Source: Rhynchobatus australiae (taxonomy: Eukaryota). Taken from it: a stretch of DNA of 64,000 nt. The stretch lies in NCBI GenBank assembly GCA_034780895.1, contig JAUZTB010000098.1, forward strand, positions 76,848,993-76,912,992. Direction: 5' to 3'. Below, in pieces: positions 42,401 through 57,400 of this stretch (its first letter is position 1; the number at the start of each line of letters is the position of its first letter). The notes beneath the pieces are model-generated. The model ran no database searches, was not told the origin of the DNA, and worked only from the letters and a program-made list of their open reading frames with translations. Made by a program: the position numbers and the translations under genes.

Positions 42401-45400
42401 ATTGGGTTAGGGCAGCCAAGTTCCATGATTTGAACAAGCATTAAAACCCCCTCTGGTGCAACAAACAGTCTGCTGGAGGAACTCAAAGTAGAGCAGCATC
42501 TGTGGGAGGAAAGGAATTGTCAATGCTTTGGGTCCTGATGCAGGGTTGCGTCCTGAAATGTTGACAATTCCTTCCCCCCTACAGATGCTGCTCTTCCCCA
42601 CGTTGAGTTCCTCCAGTAGATTGTTCGTTGCTCCAAATTCCAGCATCTGCAGTCTTGAGTCACCATTAAAATCCCCTCTATTTCATTCTCCTTCACAATG
42701 ATTATTTTCTAATTCTCCGCATGTCATAGATTTGGCAAAGGAGAATTGGACACTCATTCAAGCTGGAAATTTAAGACTGTTAATATGTACACTGCTCATC
42801 TTTTGCAGCTGGGGAATGGCCAGCCTAATCTCTCATCTCACATTCAGTTCAGGTCATTCTAATTTTAACCAAACCTAACCACGTACTAGCAGTGGTCGTA
42901 GAGAAGGGGTGGTGGATTTAAAGGCCAAGCATCATATCAGTCCGAAATTTAGAAAGCAGAAACCTCTGCCATCAAAAAAATCATCAGATTTAGGAAAATT
43001 ATAAACAACTGGGTGTTCCTTTCAACTAAATTTTCAAAATGTATGAAAATGAGTCTGAATGTTTTTTTCCCTCTCCTCCCCCCTCCAACTTTGTTTGATG
43101 TTTTAAAAAAGTCATCTAATGTATGTAGCAAGACTAACTTTCTTCACTGGTCAAACAGTATTCCAGGGATTTGCAATGATAATGAGGTTTATTCTCACTT
43201 ACCCTGCAGGTCAATTTCTTTGCCATGTGCACAATCTCACCATTATTGTCCATTACTTCACAGCTTCCGCTCTCACTTGAGTTCTCTGATGAATCATCTC
43301 CGCCATCCTGACGTTCTGGAATCGCACCATTAACTCGCATTACTTCAACGTGGAGCCGGCCAGCGACCTTGATTCAATGGGGAAAACTTTACCACGTTAC
43401 ACATTTCCCTCAAACTTTCNNNNNNNNNNTGAGCAAATCACAGTGATACTTCCTGAGTTTTATAATTTGCAATCAAACTGGTTCAGAAACTAAACAGCAA
43501 CATCCAGTTACGTTTATCTTTTAGCTAAAGTACAGAAAGGTGCAACTTTAATAAATTGATGCAGGGTTAAGAAATGCTAAGGTTTATACCAATTTATGGC
43601 AACACTCACCTCCCCCTGCTGGCTGATGATGGGAACAGCATACTCAAGTTTTGCATCATGGTAAAGACATTCCAAGAAGACATTGGCTACACCAATCAGG
43701 TTATGGTTTTCTTGGGCCTCGTAGAAAGGGTCTCCGTGTTTACTGAGAATTTTATTGTACTGAAGTAGGATTTAAGAAAAAAAACACAGAATAGGTTATA
43801 GTAAGAAAGTAAGTTCCCTCCATTTTGGAGAGGAACGAGTGAAACTGGAACTTTAGACAATAGATTTGAATGAAAATTAATAGCAGCAGTTTTCATTCTG
43901 TACTTTTTTTCCTGGAAGTAAATCCCAATCCATCCCCTCACCCTTAATGAATTTATCCAGTGAATAACCCGGCTACTTTGAATGCGAAGTGTACTGTTTT
44001 AGTGCTTGGGCTGTGCTTGTTCACTGTGCTCGAACAGATTCTAGAGTTGGCCTCAATAACTTAAATAAAGGGCCTTTCAGGATATTCCAAAGGGCTCAAC
44101 AACCAGTAAATACTCCAGAGGTGTAACATGTGGGGGAAAAAACCATAAGCCAAATTTACAACCAGTCAGCACACAAAAATAGAATGAACTTGCCATGTTC
44201 CTCAAAAAAAAAGGCCATGGCATTCTTTAGATCTATCTGAGAGGGTAACAGCGTCTTGATTAAATCTGCAACCAGAAAAACGGTGCTTGTGGCAGTGCAG
44301 CATGTTCTCAGCCCTGCCTGGGATGTTAGCCTCGATAATCTGTTTACCTTCCTGGGACAAGCTAAAACCCACAAGAATCTGACCAGAAAATTCCTGATTG
44401 ATGGTGATGGCCAGTCAAAGTCTTCATATTTGAACACCAAACGAATTAGAATCAGTTGCGGATAAGCCTGCAGTTGTTAACAGAAGTCACCCAGCATGGA
44501 AATTAATCAGCAAGCAAAGCAGCACAGTCCCTTATTCAAGCAGCTTGGCTAAGAGTGGAAATTCATCAGTGCATGGAATTTGTAAACACAAATTCATTCT
44601 CCAGCATGGTATACTGTAGCATGTTTGTGCACCATTATGCCCAACATAACCACTCTTATATGCAACTCTAATTGGTAAATGTCAACATACTATATTAAGC
44701 AATGATGCACGTTACAAAGTCTCCCTCTCAAAAAGTTCTGTTCTTATGTACTCCTTGCACTCACATATTCAACCATGTCTTTCTCCTTCCAATCTTGATA
44801 GAGATCTCTCATATCAATCAGTTTGTTCTCTAGCTTCTCAATCGCCCACACTTGGGTACCTTTTCCCTTGCGTCGAACTTGAATGGCGGATTCGCTTACA
44901 ATTGCTCCTCTCTATTTTGATGAACAACAACGTTAAAGCATGTAACAAACTGAATATCAATGCAAGTTGTCATGAAGAACTGATGCACCGCTTTGCTCAT
45001 CTACATTAAAACCAAAGATAAAATATGATATACATCGAACGCAGCTTCTGAAACAAAAGTAGTACTTTTGGAAAGAGCAGATTCATCAGCATCAAGAGAA
45101 TTCAGACTAGCTGGAAAATCCAAATTTAAATTATGAACTAGAGCCAAAGCAGAAACAACTAAAGGAGGGAACACTGAGTGGAAAGGTGGCAGAGCAGCAG
45201 AGTTGGCCGAGCTGCTGCTCACAACTCCAGTGACAGATGTTGCAAAAGGGACTGGGACAGAGGTAAAAGAGGTGGGGGAGTGGCATTGCTAATCAGGGAT
45301 AGTATCACAGTTGCAGAAAGGGAAGNNNNNNNNNNNNNNNNNNNNNNNNNNNNNNNNNNNNNNNNNNNNNNNNNNNNNNNNNNNNNNNNNNNNNNNNNNN

Positions 45401-48400
45401 NNNNNNNNNNNNNNNNNNNNNNNNNNNNNNNNNNNNNNNNNNNNNNNNNNNNNNNNNNNNNNNNNNNNNNNNNNNNNNNNNNNNNNNNNNNNNNNNNNNN
45501 NNNNNNNNNNNNNNNNNNNNNNNNNNNNNNNNNNNNNNNNNNNNNNNNNNNNNNNNNNNNNNNNNNNNNNNNNNNNNNNNNNNNNNNNNNNNNNNNNNNN
45601 NNNNNNNNNNNNNNNNNNNNNNNNNNNNNNNNNNNNNNNNNNNNNNNNNNNNNNNNNNNNNNNNNNNNNNNNNNNNNNNNNNNNNNNNNNNNNNNNNNNN
45701 NNNNNNNNNNNNNNNNNNNNNNNNNNNNNNNNNNNNNNNNNNNNNNNNNNNNNNNNNNNNNNNNNNNNNNNNNNNNNNNNNNNNNNNNNNNNNNNNNNNN
45801 NNNNNNNNNNNNNNNNNNNNNNNNNNNNNNNNNNNNNNNNNNNNNNNNNNNNNNNNNNNNNNNNNNNNNNNNNNNNNNNNNNNNNNNNNNNNNNNNNNNN
45901 NNNNNNNNNNNNNNNNNNNNNNNNNNNNNNNNNNNNNNNNNNNNNNNNNNNNNNNNNNNNNNNNNNNNNNNNNNNNNNNNNNNNNNNNNNNNNNNNNNNN
46001 NNNNNNNNNNNNNNNNNNNNNNNNNNNNNNNNNNNNNNNNNNNNNNNNNNNNNNNNNNNNNNNNNNNNNNNNNNNNNNNNNNNNNNNNNNNNNNNNNNNN
46101 NNNNNNNNNNNNNNNNNNNNNNNNNNNNNNNNNNNNNNNNNNNNNNNNNNNNNNNNNNNNNNNNNNNNNNNNNNNNNNNNNNNNNNNNNNNNNNNNNNNN
46201 NNNNNNNNNNNNNNNNNNNNNNNNNNNNNNNNNNNNNNNNNNNNNNNNNNNNNNNNNNNNNNNNNAGGGAAGACGTCCTGGAGGGATCATCTACTGAGTC
46301 AGTGTGGGTGGAGGTCAGAAGCAGGAAGAGAGCAATCACTCTATTGGGAGTATTCTATAGGCCCCCCAGTAGCAACAGAGACACCAAGGAACAGATCAGG
46401 AGGCAGATTTTGGAAAGGTGCAAAAATAACAAGATTGTTGTCATGGGCGATTTCAACATCCCTAATATTGATTGGCACCTCCTTAGTGCAAAAGGTTTGG
46501 ATGGGGTAGAATTTGATAGGTGTGTCTAGGAAGGATTCCTGACATAATATGTAGACAGGCCCACTACAGGACAGGCCATTCTGGATCTGGTACCACGCAA
46601 TGAACCTAGTCAGGTGTCAGATCTCTCAATGGGTGAGCATTTCGGAGACAGTGATCACAACTCTCTGACCTTTTTTGAGGGGCAGGTCATGCCTCACAAG
46701 CCTGATTGAATTCTTTGAAGATATGACAAAACGCATTGATGAGTGTAGAGCAGTTGATGTGGTGTATATGGACTTTAGTAAGGAGTTTGATAAGGTTCCC
46801 CATGATAGGCTCATTTACAAGGTCAGGAGGCATGGGAACCAGGAAACTTGGCTGTGTGGATTTGGAATTAACTTGCCCAGGGAAGACAAAGGGTGCTGGT
46901 AGATGGAGCGTATTCTGCCTGGAGGTCAGTGACCAGTGGTGTTCCGCAGGGACCTGTTTGGGACTCCTGCTCTTTGTGATTTTCATAAATGACTTCGATG
47001 AGGATGTGGAAGGGTGGGGTAAGCAAATTTGCAGATGACACGAAGGGTAGTGGTTTTATGGGTAGTGTAGAAGGTTGTCGAGGGTTACAGTGGGACATTG
47101 ATGGGATGCAAAGCTGGGCTGAGGAGTGGCAGATGGAGTTCAACGCAGAAAAGTGTGAAGTGATTCACTTTGGAAGGTTGAATTTGAAGGCAGAATACAG
47201 GGTTAATGACATGATTCTTAGCAGTGTGGAGGAACAGAAGGAGCTTGGGGTCCAAGTCCACAGATCCCTCAAAGTTGCCACGCAAGTTGATAGAGTTGTT
47301 AAGAAGGCACATGGCGTGTTGGCCTTCATTAGTCGGGGTAGAGTTCAAGAGCCAGGAGGTAACGTTGCAGCTCCATAAAACCCTGGTTCAACCACACTTA
47401 GAATATTGTTTTCAGTTCTGATTGCCTCACCGTAGGAAGCTTTAGATAGCGTGCAAAGGAGATTTACCAGGATGCTACCTGGATTGGAGAGCATGACTGA
47501 TGAGGATAGGTTTAGCGAATTAGGGCTTTTCTCTTTGGAGTGAAGGGGGATGAGGTGTGACCTGATAGAAGTGTACAAGATGATAAGAGGCATAGACTGA
47601 GTGCACAGCCAGAGACTTTTTCCCAAGGTAGAAATGGCGAACATGAGGGGGCATAATTTTAAGGTGATTGTAGGAAAGTATAGGGGGTATATCAGAGGCA
47701 AGTTTTTTTTTTATATACGTCGAATGTGCTGCCAGGGGTGCTGGTAGAGGCAGATACATTAGTGACATTTAAGAGACTCTCAGATAGTCACATGGATGAT
47801 AGAAAAATGGAGGGGTAGGTGGGAGGGAATGGTTAGATTGACCTTAGAGTAGGTTAAAGGGTTGGCACAACATTGTGGGCTGAAGGGCCTGTACTGTGCT
47901 GTAATGTTCTCTGTTCTATTAGTGTAAATGGTTTGCATGGACTCAGTGGACCAAAAGGCCAGTTTCTGTAATGTAAGATTATGACTGAACACTGAAGGGT
48001 GTAAGTTACAGATAACTGAAGCGGCCTCTCTTGAAGTAACCATCTGTATATTTAGATCAAGCATTCCCTTGAGAAAAACAGCAACATAATACCTTCTGTG
48101 AATAAAATACAGGGAACACCCATGTTACAGCTGTTCGGGTTATGGAAATTTGCCCTTACAGGATTCACAAATCACTACCCAAAAAAGTTTGAGATATGGA
48201 ATAAAATTCGCTCTCAGGGCATTTATGTGGGGGGGAAAAGAAAGTAAATAAAAACAAAATGTATTTCTTTTTTCAATTTGCTTTCTTGGCAAATGTGCAG
48301 ATGACATGGCTTTGCATTAGGGAAAATCACGACACGAGCTGTTTTCTAGGAATGCAACTCTCTGTAATATGGGGGTTGCCTATAATGAACTGTCCGGGGT

Positions 48401-51400
48401 GTATACATTATGAAAGGATGTCACAAGCAAAATATAATGTATTTTGTTTTGTACTGAGCATTCACATGCATTGAATTACTTCTGAAACACAGCTACTTGC
48501 TAGCCGCAGGAAATTGGGACTTGCTGAGTGGGCACTGTGGTTGGCATGGACTAGTTGGGCTGAAGGGCCTGTATTCGGGCTGTATTGCTCTATGACTCAC
48601 AACATGGGGAATTGTACTAGCCAATAGCAGCATATTATAAATCCATGATCATCAATAATTTAAATTTGCAGCCTAGCTGCTGTGAATTCAGTTGATCAAT
48701 GGCTTGGCGATCAGGATTTTGGGAAAGTGAAGGGCTGTTGGGGAACTGACTGATTTGCAAATTAATTCACCCAACAACCACAATTATCCTTTAAATTTGA
48801 GCATTTCCATTCATGTAAAAACCACAAAGGTAGAAATGAAGATATCAATCTTTAACGTTCAAAGAAATTGAACACAAAAATATGATTTTATTCAAGGCTT
48901 TGGTTAAGCCACAAAATTATGGTTTTGATAGCACTTCTAAAAACAACTGTGATAGGAAGAATATTAAAGTTATATATGAATACAGAAATATATATAGACA
49001 CACACACAGAAAGGGCATGCAAAAATATAAGCCATTTCTTTCTAAATGAAATTTAACAATGAAGGCATGCAAAGGCTGAGACAAAAATAGTAAAAAGATT
49101 ATTCTGTTAAACCACCAATCAAACAAACTAACAGAAGTTGAAGAATACCATAACACAATAGCAAAGAGATTCCTGCTTTCCACCTTCTACCTGCTTCCCA
49201 CTTCTTCGTGACCCAATGAAATATTATTGGAACATTGCATAGATTATCCCAAGTGTACTTAGAATACATCAATCAAAAAATGATCCAAGTTCAACTGGCT
49301 AAGTGAGAGTATTATGTACTGCATTCCTAAGCTTCCACGTGAAGAATCGACATTGAGTCTAGAAACTTTACAAACACAATATGTTATAACCAGATTTGCT
49401 CTAATTTAAAGTGCAGGATCCATTAAAAGACCCAAGATTTTTATGAAACGCAGGAGAATGCTACTGTTTCTATAATTTGTGACCAATGAGCAAAATTACA
49501 AGAGCATCCTCTGATGAACTTTCCACAAAATGCAGAACACAAGCTGTTATAATAAATGTTATTTCTAGTGCTTTTGTTTTTATTTTTCCTTGGTTAAAGT
49601 GTGATCATGGCAAAACTCCCATAATCGTCCATCCTCAGTTCCCACAAGAGACAATTGTAGTGAATATGCTCAAACTTTATTGCAGCACTTGTTTTATAAC
49701 TGAGTGGCAAATGAGGCCACTTGCGGGGCAGAACGAGTTGAGGACCAAAGCCACATGCATGGCACATCAGTTGGAATGTTGATTCTCTGATGACATGGGT
49801 GAACTAGATGGGATTTTGCAACAATCCCAAACAAAACCTGACCCTCCAACAGATATTGATTATTGACTTTCAAAAGAGATGACCTTAACAAACCAGTAGC
49901 CCATTATAATTGATGAAGAAAAATAAATGTTGGCTGTCTTAAAATAATCAGTTTTCAAGCAATATCATAGAATTTGCCTACCTTCCTGTTTGCACTGAGA
50001 TTTGCTGCTGGGATTTGCAATGTGACTTGGTAATCTGTCTGCTTATTCATCTCTTCTGCCAGGAAGTTTGCTTCTCTCACCAGAGCGTTGGCTCTCACTA
50101 TCTGCTCTCTCAACTTCGCCAGACTGTGACGGAACAGTTGATCCCTACAACAGGAAAAAATGAATCAACATTCCTCTCTTTTCCCACCAAGTTTAGTGAC
50201 TCTAGCAAATGAAAAATACTTTCAGCTCGTGACTTTATTTTGCGATGGATCACTTTATGCAATTTATTTTAAGTTGTTCATTTTTCAGGATCTGGGTAGT
50301 CCTGGCAAGGCCAGTGTTTATTAACTACTCCTGATAGTCCTCAAGGAGAAGGTGATGAACACTGCCTTAAGCCCCTGCATACCTTATAGGGAAGGTACTC
50401 CTATAGTGTCATCGTGTAAAGGGTTCAAGGATTTAGACCCATCAACAAAAGGACCAGCAACTTACTTGCAAGTCAGAATCTGTGACTTGGAGGGGAAACC
50501 AAATGGTGATAGTGCCCATACAGTATGTCTGAAGCCCTTGTCGTTCAGACTGGTACAAGTTGTGGGTCCAAGAGATGCTGTCTAAGGTGCCTAGATGAGT
50601 AACGGTCATGCATTTTGGGGATTTCTTGAGTGTTATTGGAGCTGGATTTGTCCAGCAAGTGGAGAATGTTTCATCACTCTCCTGTCTTGTCGAAGGAAGA
50701 AAGACTGGGGTGTCAGAAGTTGAAATTTTAAATAAATTAATAAACATTTGCAAAACTCAGTAAGCTGGACAGCAGCTGTGGAGAGGGGGAGAAAAGTCTT
50801 AACATTTCAGGTCTTTCTTCAGATCAAGAGAAACTTAACTTCATTTCCCTCTCCACATATGCTGCCTGACCAGCTGGTATTTCCAGCAATTTGTTTTTAT
50901 GAATAGCACTGCAAAGCCTTTCTTGCATGGAAATCATACAACTGCCAGGAGAGAAAACATAAAATGGAATGGGCAGGCAAAGAAAAATAATTAAATGTTT
51001 AAATATCAAAATTAACCAGGTCTGCACTGTTCCAGAAATTGAGGAGGACAGGTGTCATGGCTTCAAATATTCCATGGCTTTAAATATATGTTGATGATAG
51101 ACTCAAATAACAGCAAATTAAGGTGAAATAAAATGTTTCACAGCAGGTACCTTCACAGCATTACTTAGTACTTTTGAAACTGAAAATGCAAGAAATTCCA
51201 TTTGTTACCACGAAGGCCCTGACATTGACCCAGGTGGGTTTAACAAGTAAGTGTGGGGGGAGGGGGNNNNNNNNNNNNNNNNNNNNNNNNNNNNNNNNNN
51301 NNNNNNNNNNNNNNNNNNNNNNNNNNNNNNNNNNNNNNNNNNNNNNNNNNNNNNNNNNNNNNNNNNGGGGGGGGGTGGGCGGGAGAGGGCAGAGAGTGAT

Positions 51401-54400
51401 GGATATTGAAGTAATCTACTGTACATAGTTCAGCAAGACAAATTGCCATATTTTGTTTGAACACCCATACCTCTCCTCAGACCAAAGCTTCACTTTTTGC
51501 TGTGCAGTTTGAGGGGTGTATGATAATCTCTCGATGCTGTGGCGGTGCAGCCTGTCTGGTGACAACTGTTGACGAAGGAGTTCCAGCTCACGCTCGTACA
51601 TTAACCGCTGCTCCTCAAGTGCATTTTGTTTCTCTTCTAGGTACTGCTTTTCAAGAATCTGCACAACATTCTGCACAGGATCTGCAAAAGCATAACAGGA
51701 GGCAGTTAATGACAGTTTACAACAAATCAAGTTGCTTTTGGGTCATGCATTTCAATGCACAGATACATGAGCATTCAATGTAACATGTTTTAAAATATAT
51801 AGGACCCAGGCCTATTGACTAGTTTGCAATATCACAGCAACTCTTCTTGAAATTCAAGAAATATGAACATTTATTTAAACGTGTATAATTAAGATTGCTA
51901 CATCCATGTCTCAGTAATCATGCTCTGGTCTCTCGAGTCAAGAGGTCATCAGTTCAAGTTCCATTCCAGAGTTCAGCAGAAAGTCCAGGCTGACATTCCA
52001 GTGATACAGAAAGGGGAATTCTGTGCTAGAGATGTCATCCTGCTCAACAGACATTAAATCAAGGCAAAGTACAAATCACACCCAAGCAGTTCACTGACCC
52101 CAAATGTATTTCTTGGGTCCGCCTTGTCGAAAAAAGTTGTCCAAGTTCCAAACATAGTAAGTACACACAAGAACCAGACCCCACCAAGTGGTGGGTGGCA
52201 GATCACGTGATGGTGCAGCTGCTCAAATTAGCGGATTCAATCACTTATGATTGAATTGATGAAAATCACTAGGACATGATGTTTGGAAGGAATTATTATC
52301 AACATTGAAATCAACTCATTTTGTCAATAGGGTCTTAGCATGAGGACCACCCACCAACAAAGAGTGCTGCAGACCTGAAAAGGACCAAGGGGAATAGGAA
52401 GATGTGATCCTTCTAATTTAACAATTCTGGTGTCTGAGAATTTAGCCACAAAATCTGCCACTCACCGTTAGAGCTGAGAGCTTTCATCATGACTTCCATC
52501 TGTGCAAACTCGTAATTATAGTCTGGTTCTGATGAAGCTTCACTTGCTGTCTCCACATCCTGTTCTGTAGCACCTTCTCGATATGTCTCAATCTCATATT
52601 CTTTTAACTTGTCTCTCCTCTTCCTCATAGGTAGGTTAATTCTATTTATGTAAAAAAATGATTTCATTCCTACAGCATGTTTATATAGTGACACTTCCAC
52701 TATTTGGCCAACAAGCAGAACCCAGCTTTACTTTTGCTTGAACATCCTGAACTTGAGTCCCATTAAGTTGCACTCAATGGTAATTGGTTCATTATTGTCA
52801 TATGTTCCAAGATTTCCATGCCATTCATACAGATAATTTCAAAACACAAGTGCATCGAGGTAGTACAAAGGGAAAAGCAATAATAGAATGCAAAATATAG
52901 TGTTGTACTTAGTTACAGAGANNNNNNNNNNNNNNNNNNNNNNNNNNNNNNNNNNNNNNNNNNNNNNNNNNNNNNNNNNNNNNNNNNNNNNNNNNNNNNN
53001 NNNNNNNNNNNNNNNNNNNNNTGACCAGCACCTTGATCTGTGGAGTACGGTATTTCACTCCCATGCATGCTGTAAGTGGATATGGAAGTGACAATAAATT
53101 GACTCTGATTCATTGACCTGTGCCTCACAGAGAAATACAGCACAGAAACAGGTCCTTCAAGCCAACCTACCCATGCCGATATCTTCAAGCATTGTCTGTT
53201 CCGACCTGTCTGGGAATGAAGGGATATAAACCATGTACAGGCAGATGTGATTGCTGAGGGCCTAAGGTCCTGTTCCTATGCTGTACTATTCTATAGCGTA
53301 AAATATGAGTTTATTTGTGCAAAGAAATATTTAATGTGATGGTGGACGTTGATCTGTGACACTCCTTTAATTGCCGTTCAGAGACGAAATGGAGAAATTG
53401 TTTTTCCCTTCCTAAGCTGTATTGTGGGGACACAGGAAACCACATAAAATATGCCCAGTGATGTACCTGGAGAATCCAACTAATGGACCCTGGAGCCATG
53501 TGCCATTGGGGAAATGTCTGGCTTGATGAAGTCCCCTCATAGATGTAGCCCTCACTCTAGCCCTTGACTGGAATTGGTTTACTATTGCTATGTAATTTGG
53601 TAAATTGGTTTATTATTGTCACATGTATGGAGGTACAGTGAAAATCTTTGTTTTGCCTGCTGTCCATACAGATCATTTCATCCCATCAGTGCATTGAGGT
53701 AGTACAAGGGAAAACAATCACAGAATGCAGAATAAAGTGTTACAGAGAAAGTGCAGTGCAGGTAGACAATAAGGTGCAAGGGCCATGACGAGGTAGATTG
53801 TGAGGTCAAGAGTTCATGTGTGTCATACAAGAGGTCTGTTCAACAGTATTTTATCAGTGGGCTAGAAGCTATCCTTGAGCCTGGTAGGCTCTTCCACTCT
53901 CAGGTCATTAGGAGGAGAGTTATGTCTCTTTAGACCATCTTGACAATGTTCATTAACCATTTATGCACTGACTATAAATATCTCCACTCAGACAATAGAT
54001 AACAATTTTATTCAAATCATAGAGTTAAATTATGATCAGTTCTATAAAGTGACCTCTTGCCCAATATGAAAGGTGTTGAAAATGTCTGACTTTATTTCAC
54101 ACTGGACCTATACAACTCAGATACAAGTCAAATCCTCAGTGCCAGGTGGTCTCAACCCTCCTACGGTTGGTGGAGAAGGTGTCATCCTGCACTGAGGTAG
54201 CAAGAGGTACCAAAGTGTTTGGTGCCTCAATGATATACGAGTTACTGCAATTGGAGGTCTGGTTGCTGATGCTGACACTGACACCTGGGGAACAGTTTGC
54301 TGTTCAAGGAGCAGAACAATGACAGTGGACGCTCTGCCCTATCACCAGGGAGCAGACTGTTGCCTATAACTACCCTCAACAATAATGATTGGTTAGGCAC

Positions 54401-57400
54401 AGAGAGAATTTGTATGAACTGACAAATAACTTTATTGGTTCAGTTAGCAGCAAGCACGCAATCCATACAAGACTAAATATCTGTGCACACATCCACTAGG
54501 TTTTCCTGACTCTCCCTGAACAGTCAAAGAATAGAAAAGGTAATACCCAGGAATAGGAGTTTATGCTGGCCAGACGTTCCTCTTGATCCCAACGTAATCT
54601 CCATGTTTCCAACATGGGGTCATCCACTTGTGGTGGTTGGTCTCCAGAGTTTTTGCTGCTTCTGCTCCTGAAATCTTCTATTCTTATCCTCTTTCTTGTC
54701 AGATCAAACTGTCGTGTTTTGATTTTGTTGCTCAGACTTATCTGGCTAGCCTGTGTCAGCTTCTCATTGGATCTGGCCCAAGGCTACAAGCAATATTACT
54801 TTATTGCTCTTCCACCAGACTTGTGGCTCATGTAACTTTCTTTGTTCTCCCTGAATCAGACCAGTTTAGCCAGGTGAGCCAAACTAGGTTCAGGTTATTT
54901 CAGGTCACAGGCTGTTCTTTCCATAAGTCTGCCATTTCCACCCAACCAAATGAACAGCTTCTTATTTGGAAATTATCTCTGGTTTAGCAGATTATTAGCA
55001 GGGACCTCACTGTGTCCACTTTCAATTGCTCTGATTAAGCCATCCCTGAGCAAGAACCAGCTCACAAAATAATTCACAAAATGGTTGTTGCAAGAACAAT
55101 CTCACAAGATGGCAGCCGCCATTCCTTCAACCACATAGCAAGAACAAAGACATTTGGTTTATCTGCTTCCACTGTCTTTGGCTCATCCAGTTAGCTGTTT
55201 TGCAGATTTTAATTTTTGTCTGACCAATAAGACTTCGCTCAGCAGGAGTTGATCATTTGAGTTGGAAGGAGTCTGGAAACCACAAATGGCATCTGTGCGA
55301 TTTGGGTAACACCAGAGAATGCCAATGGCAACAATAACTTAGAAAGTGTTGTGCTGCATTAGCCTTTATACTAACACCACTGGTTCCCTGGCCATACCCT
55401 CAAATGTGCCCCACAACCAACTGCCTCAGACAGGTCTTGAACACGAAATGGTACAGTCACCCACTGGCCCTCTTGCTGCACAGCGGCTTGTACTTATTTT
55501 TCACAACCTTCATCAATCTTTGCAACTTAAAAGGGAGGAGACTTCTACCAGCCTGGTCAGAGATCTGCAAAGCAAAATCTCTTCAAATCGTGCCAGCATG
55601 ACCACTTCAATGAAATGTGCAGATGGGGAGATGAGGCAGAATTTGAAAAGGTGGCACACTGTGTGGTGCAATACGCTTTAACTATATAACCTTTCATTTA
55701 CCCTGTGTTCCTAAAACAAACATACTGTTCCGTTTGAGAGGAGACACAAAAGACTACAGATGCTGAAATCTGGAGCAACAAACAATCTGTGGGAGGAAAG
55801 GATTTGTTGGTGTTTCGGGTCAAAACCCTGTATCAGGACTCATTAGGAATCAACAATCTCATTCAAACCACAGAGATATCGATTGTGTGAGTGGAGTTAT
55901 TAATAACTCTCCTCCTAATGATCTGAGAGTGAAGAGCCTACCAGGCTCAAGGACAGCTTCTATCCTGCTGTTATAACTGTCCTGATGCAGGGTTTCAACC
56001 TGAAAGATCTGCAATTCTGTTCCTCCCACAGATGCTGCTCGATCTGCTAAGTTCCTCCAGCAGATTGTTTGATACTGTTCTGTTAACTGTGTACAAATTC
56101 TTTTTCAACAACTATTGCAAAGGTGAAGTGGGTTTTCAGGTAAAGTGATCAGGGTCAGGAAGCTCCACAAGTTCCTCCCATATCTGGAGAAACCTTTCTT
56201 GCCTTTTAATTATTTTAGAGACAGAATCTTTTGTATCTTTCAGAGTAAGCACAATTTCCATTTTGTTTCTGAAATATTCCACTAAAAGTATTGTAGAATG
56301 CAAGTCCATGACACTGTCACAAACCATTGCTACTGGACTTATAAAATGAATAAATATCTTCAAAAAAATCCATCACTTCAACAGAAAAATGGCGAAGGGA
56401 GCAGACAGCAGAAACAGGCAAGGAAAGGCTGATACAAAAGTAGAGGGACAATGGAAATGAGATAGGCACGAAGAAGCAAGATAGACAAATAAGATGAGGG
56501 AAAAGGTAACAGAATGGAAATTATAACAAGAAGCAATAATGCATATTTTCTCAAAATGTTTGTGAGGAGCAGTGGATCAAATGAACTTTTCATAAACACA
56601 TTATCTCAATTAGAATGCGACATACATACCTAAAGAAGTGGTTATTTCCCCATAGGATCCTATCCCCATGCCAGAGAGAGTTTGGAGCTTGTAACACAGC
56701 ACCATTCAAGCAAGTTCTGAAAAAATAATGTTAAATTATCAGAAACTCAGGATTCAATCTCAGTATCTTAATCTAGACCTGCTAAGTAGAATGATGTAAA
56801 TAAACCATTCAGGTCACTGTTGTGATATTTCATCTGTAAATTCAAAGTCAGGCACTGCTTTGGGATTTGCACAATGCTGAGGATACTTGAAGCAAAATAA
56901 AAAGGCAATCAGTACTAAGCGTTTTAGAACACATTCTAGACACATAGAAATGTGTTTGGTCAAGACACACCACATTTCAGAGAACCATTACACTCCAGTT
57001 TGACATTAAAAAGTGCTTATGAGCAATTCATACAAGGAACCTCCCTCCTGTTGATGTCCCTGCCTTGATAGGTCTCTCCTACAATCCTGAAAGGAACCTA
57101 TTTGTCACATTACTTATCTACATTTTAAGCATCTTCTTTGGGCATATTTCTTTCACCACTTCACAATTATCATCACAAAAAATGCAAAATGTAACAGAAT
57201 GAACTTTGTTTTCAACTGCCACTAATTCAATAGCACAGGCACTATACACAGAAGTTATATAAAATTTACTCTTCCTTTACCTCCAATGTATTTAACCAGA
57301 AAAGTGTTTCACAACAGCATTTTTGTTAATAAAATGCATGATATTGATTATTTGTATAAGAATTACCTTCTTAGAGGGAGAAAAATACAAAGATAGATTA

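Noticed and set aside
45178-46509. Long ORFs (300-443 aa) in the ORF track, also at 21296, 25554, 32080, 35687
   Set aside because: Made almost entirely of N runs.
54130-55680. Moderately GC-rich stretch with short ORFs, possibly a decayed element
   Set aside because: No motif I can identify; cannot support a call without a search.
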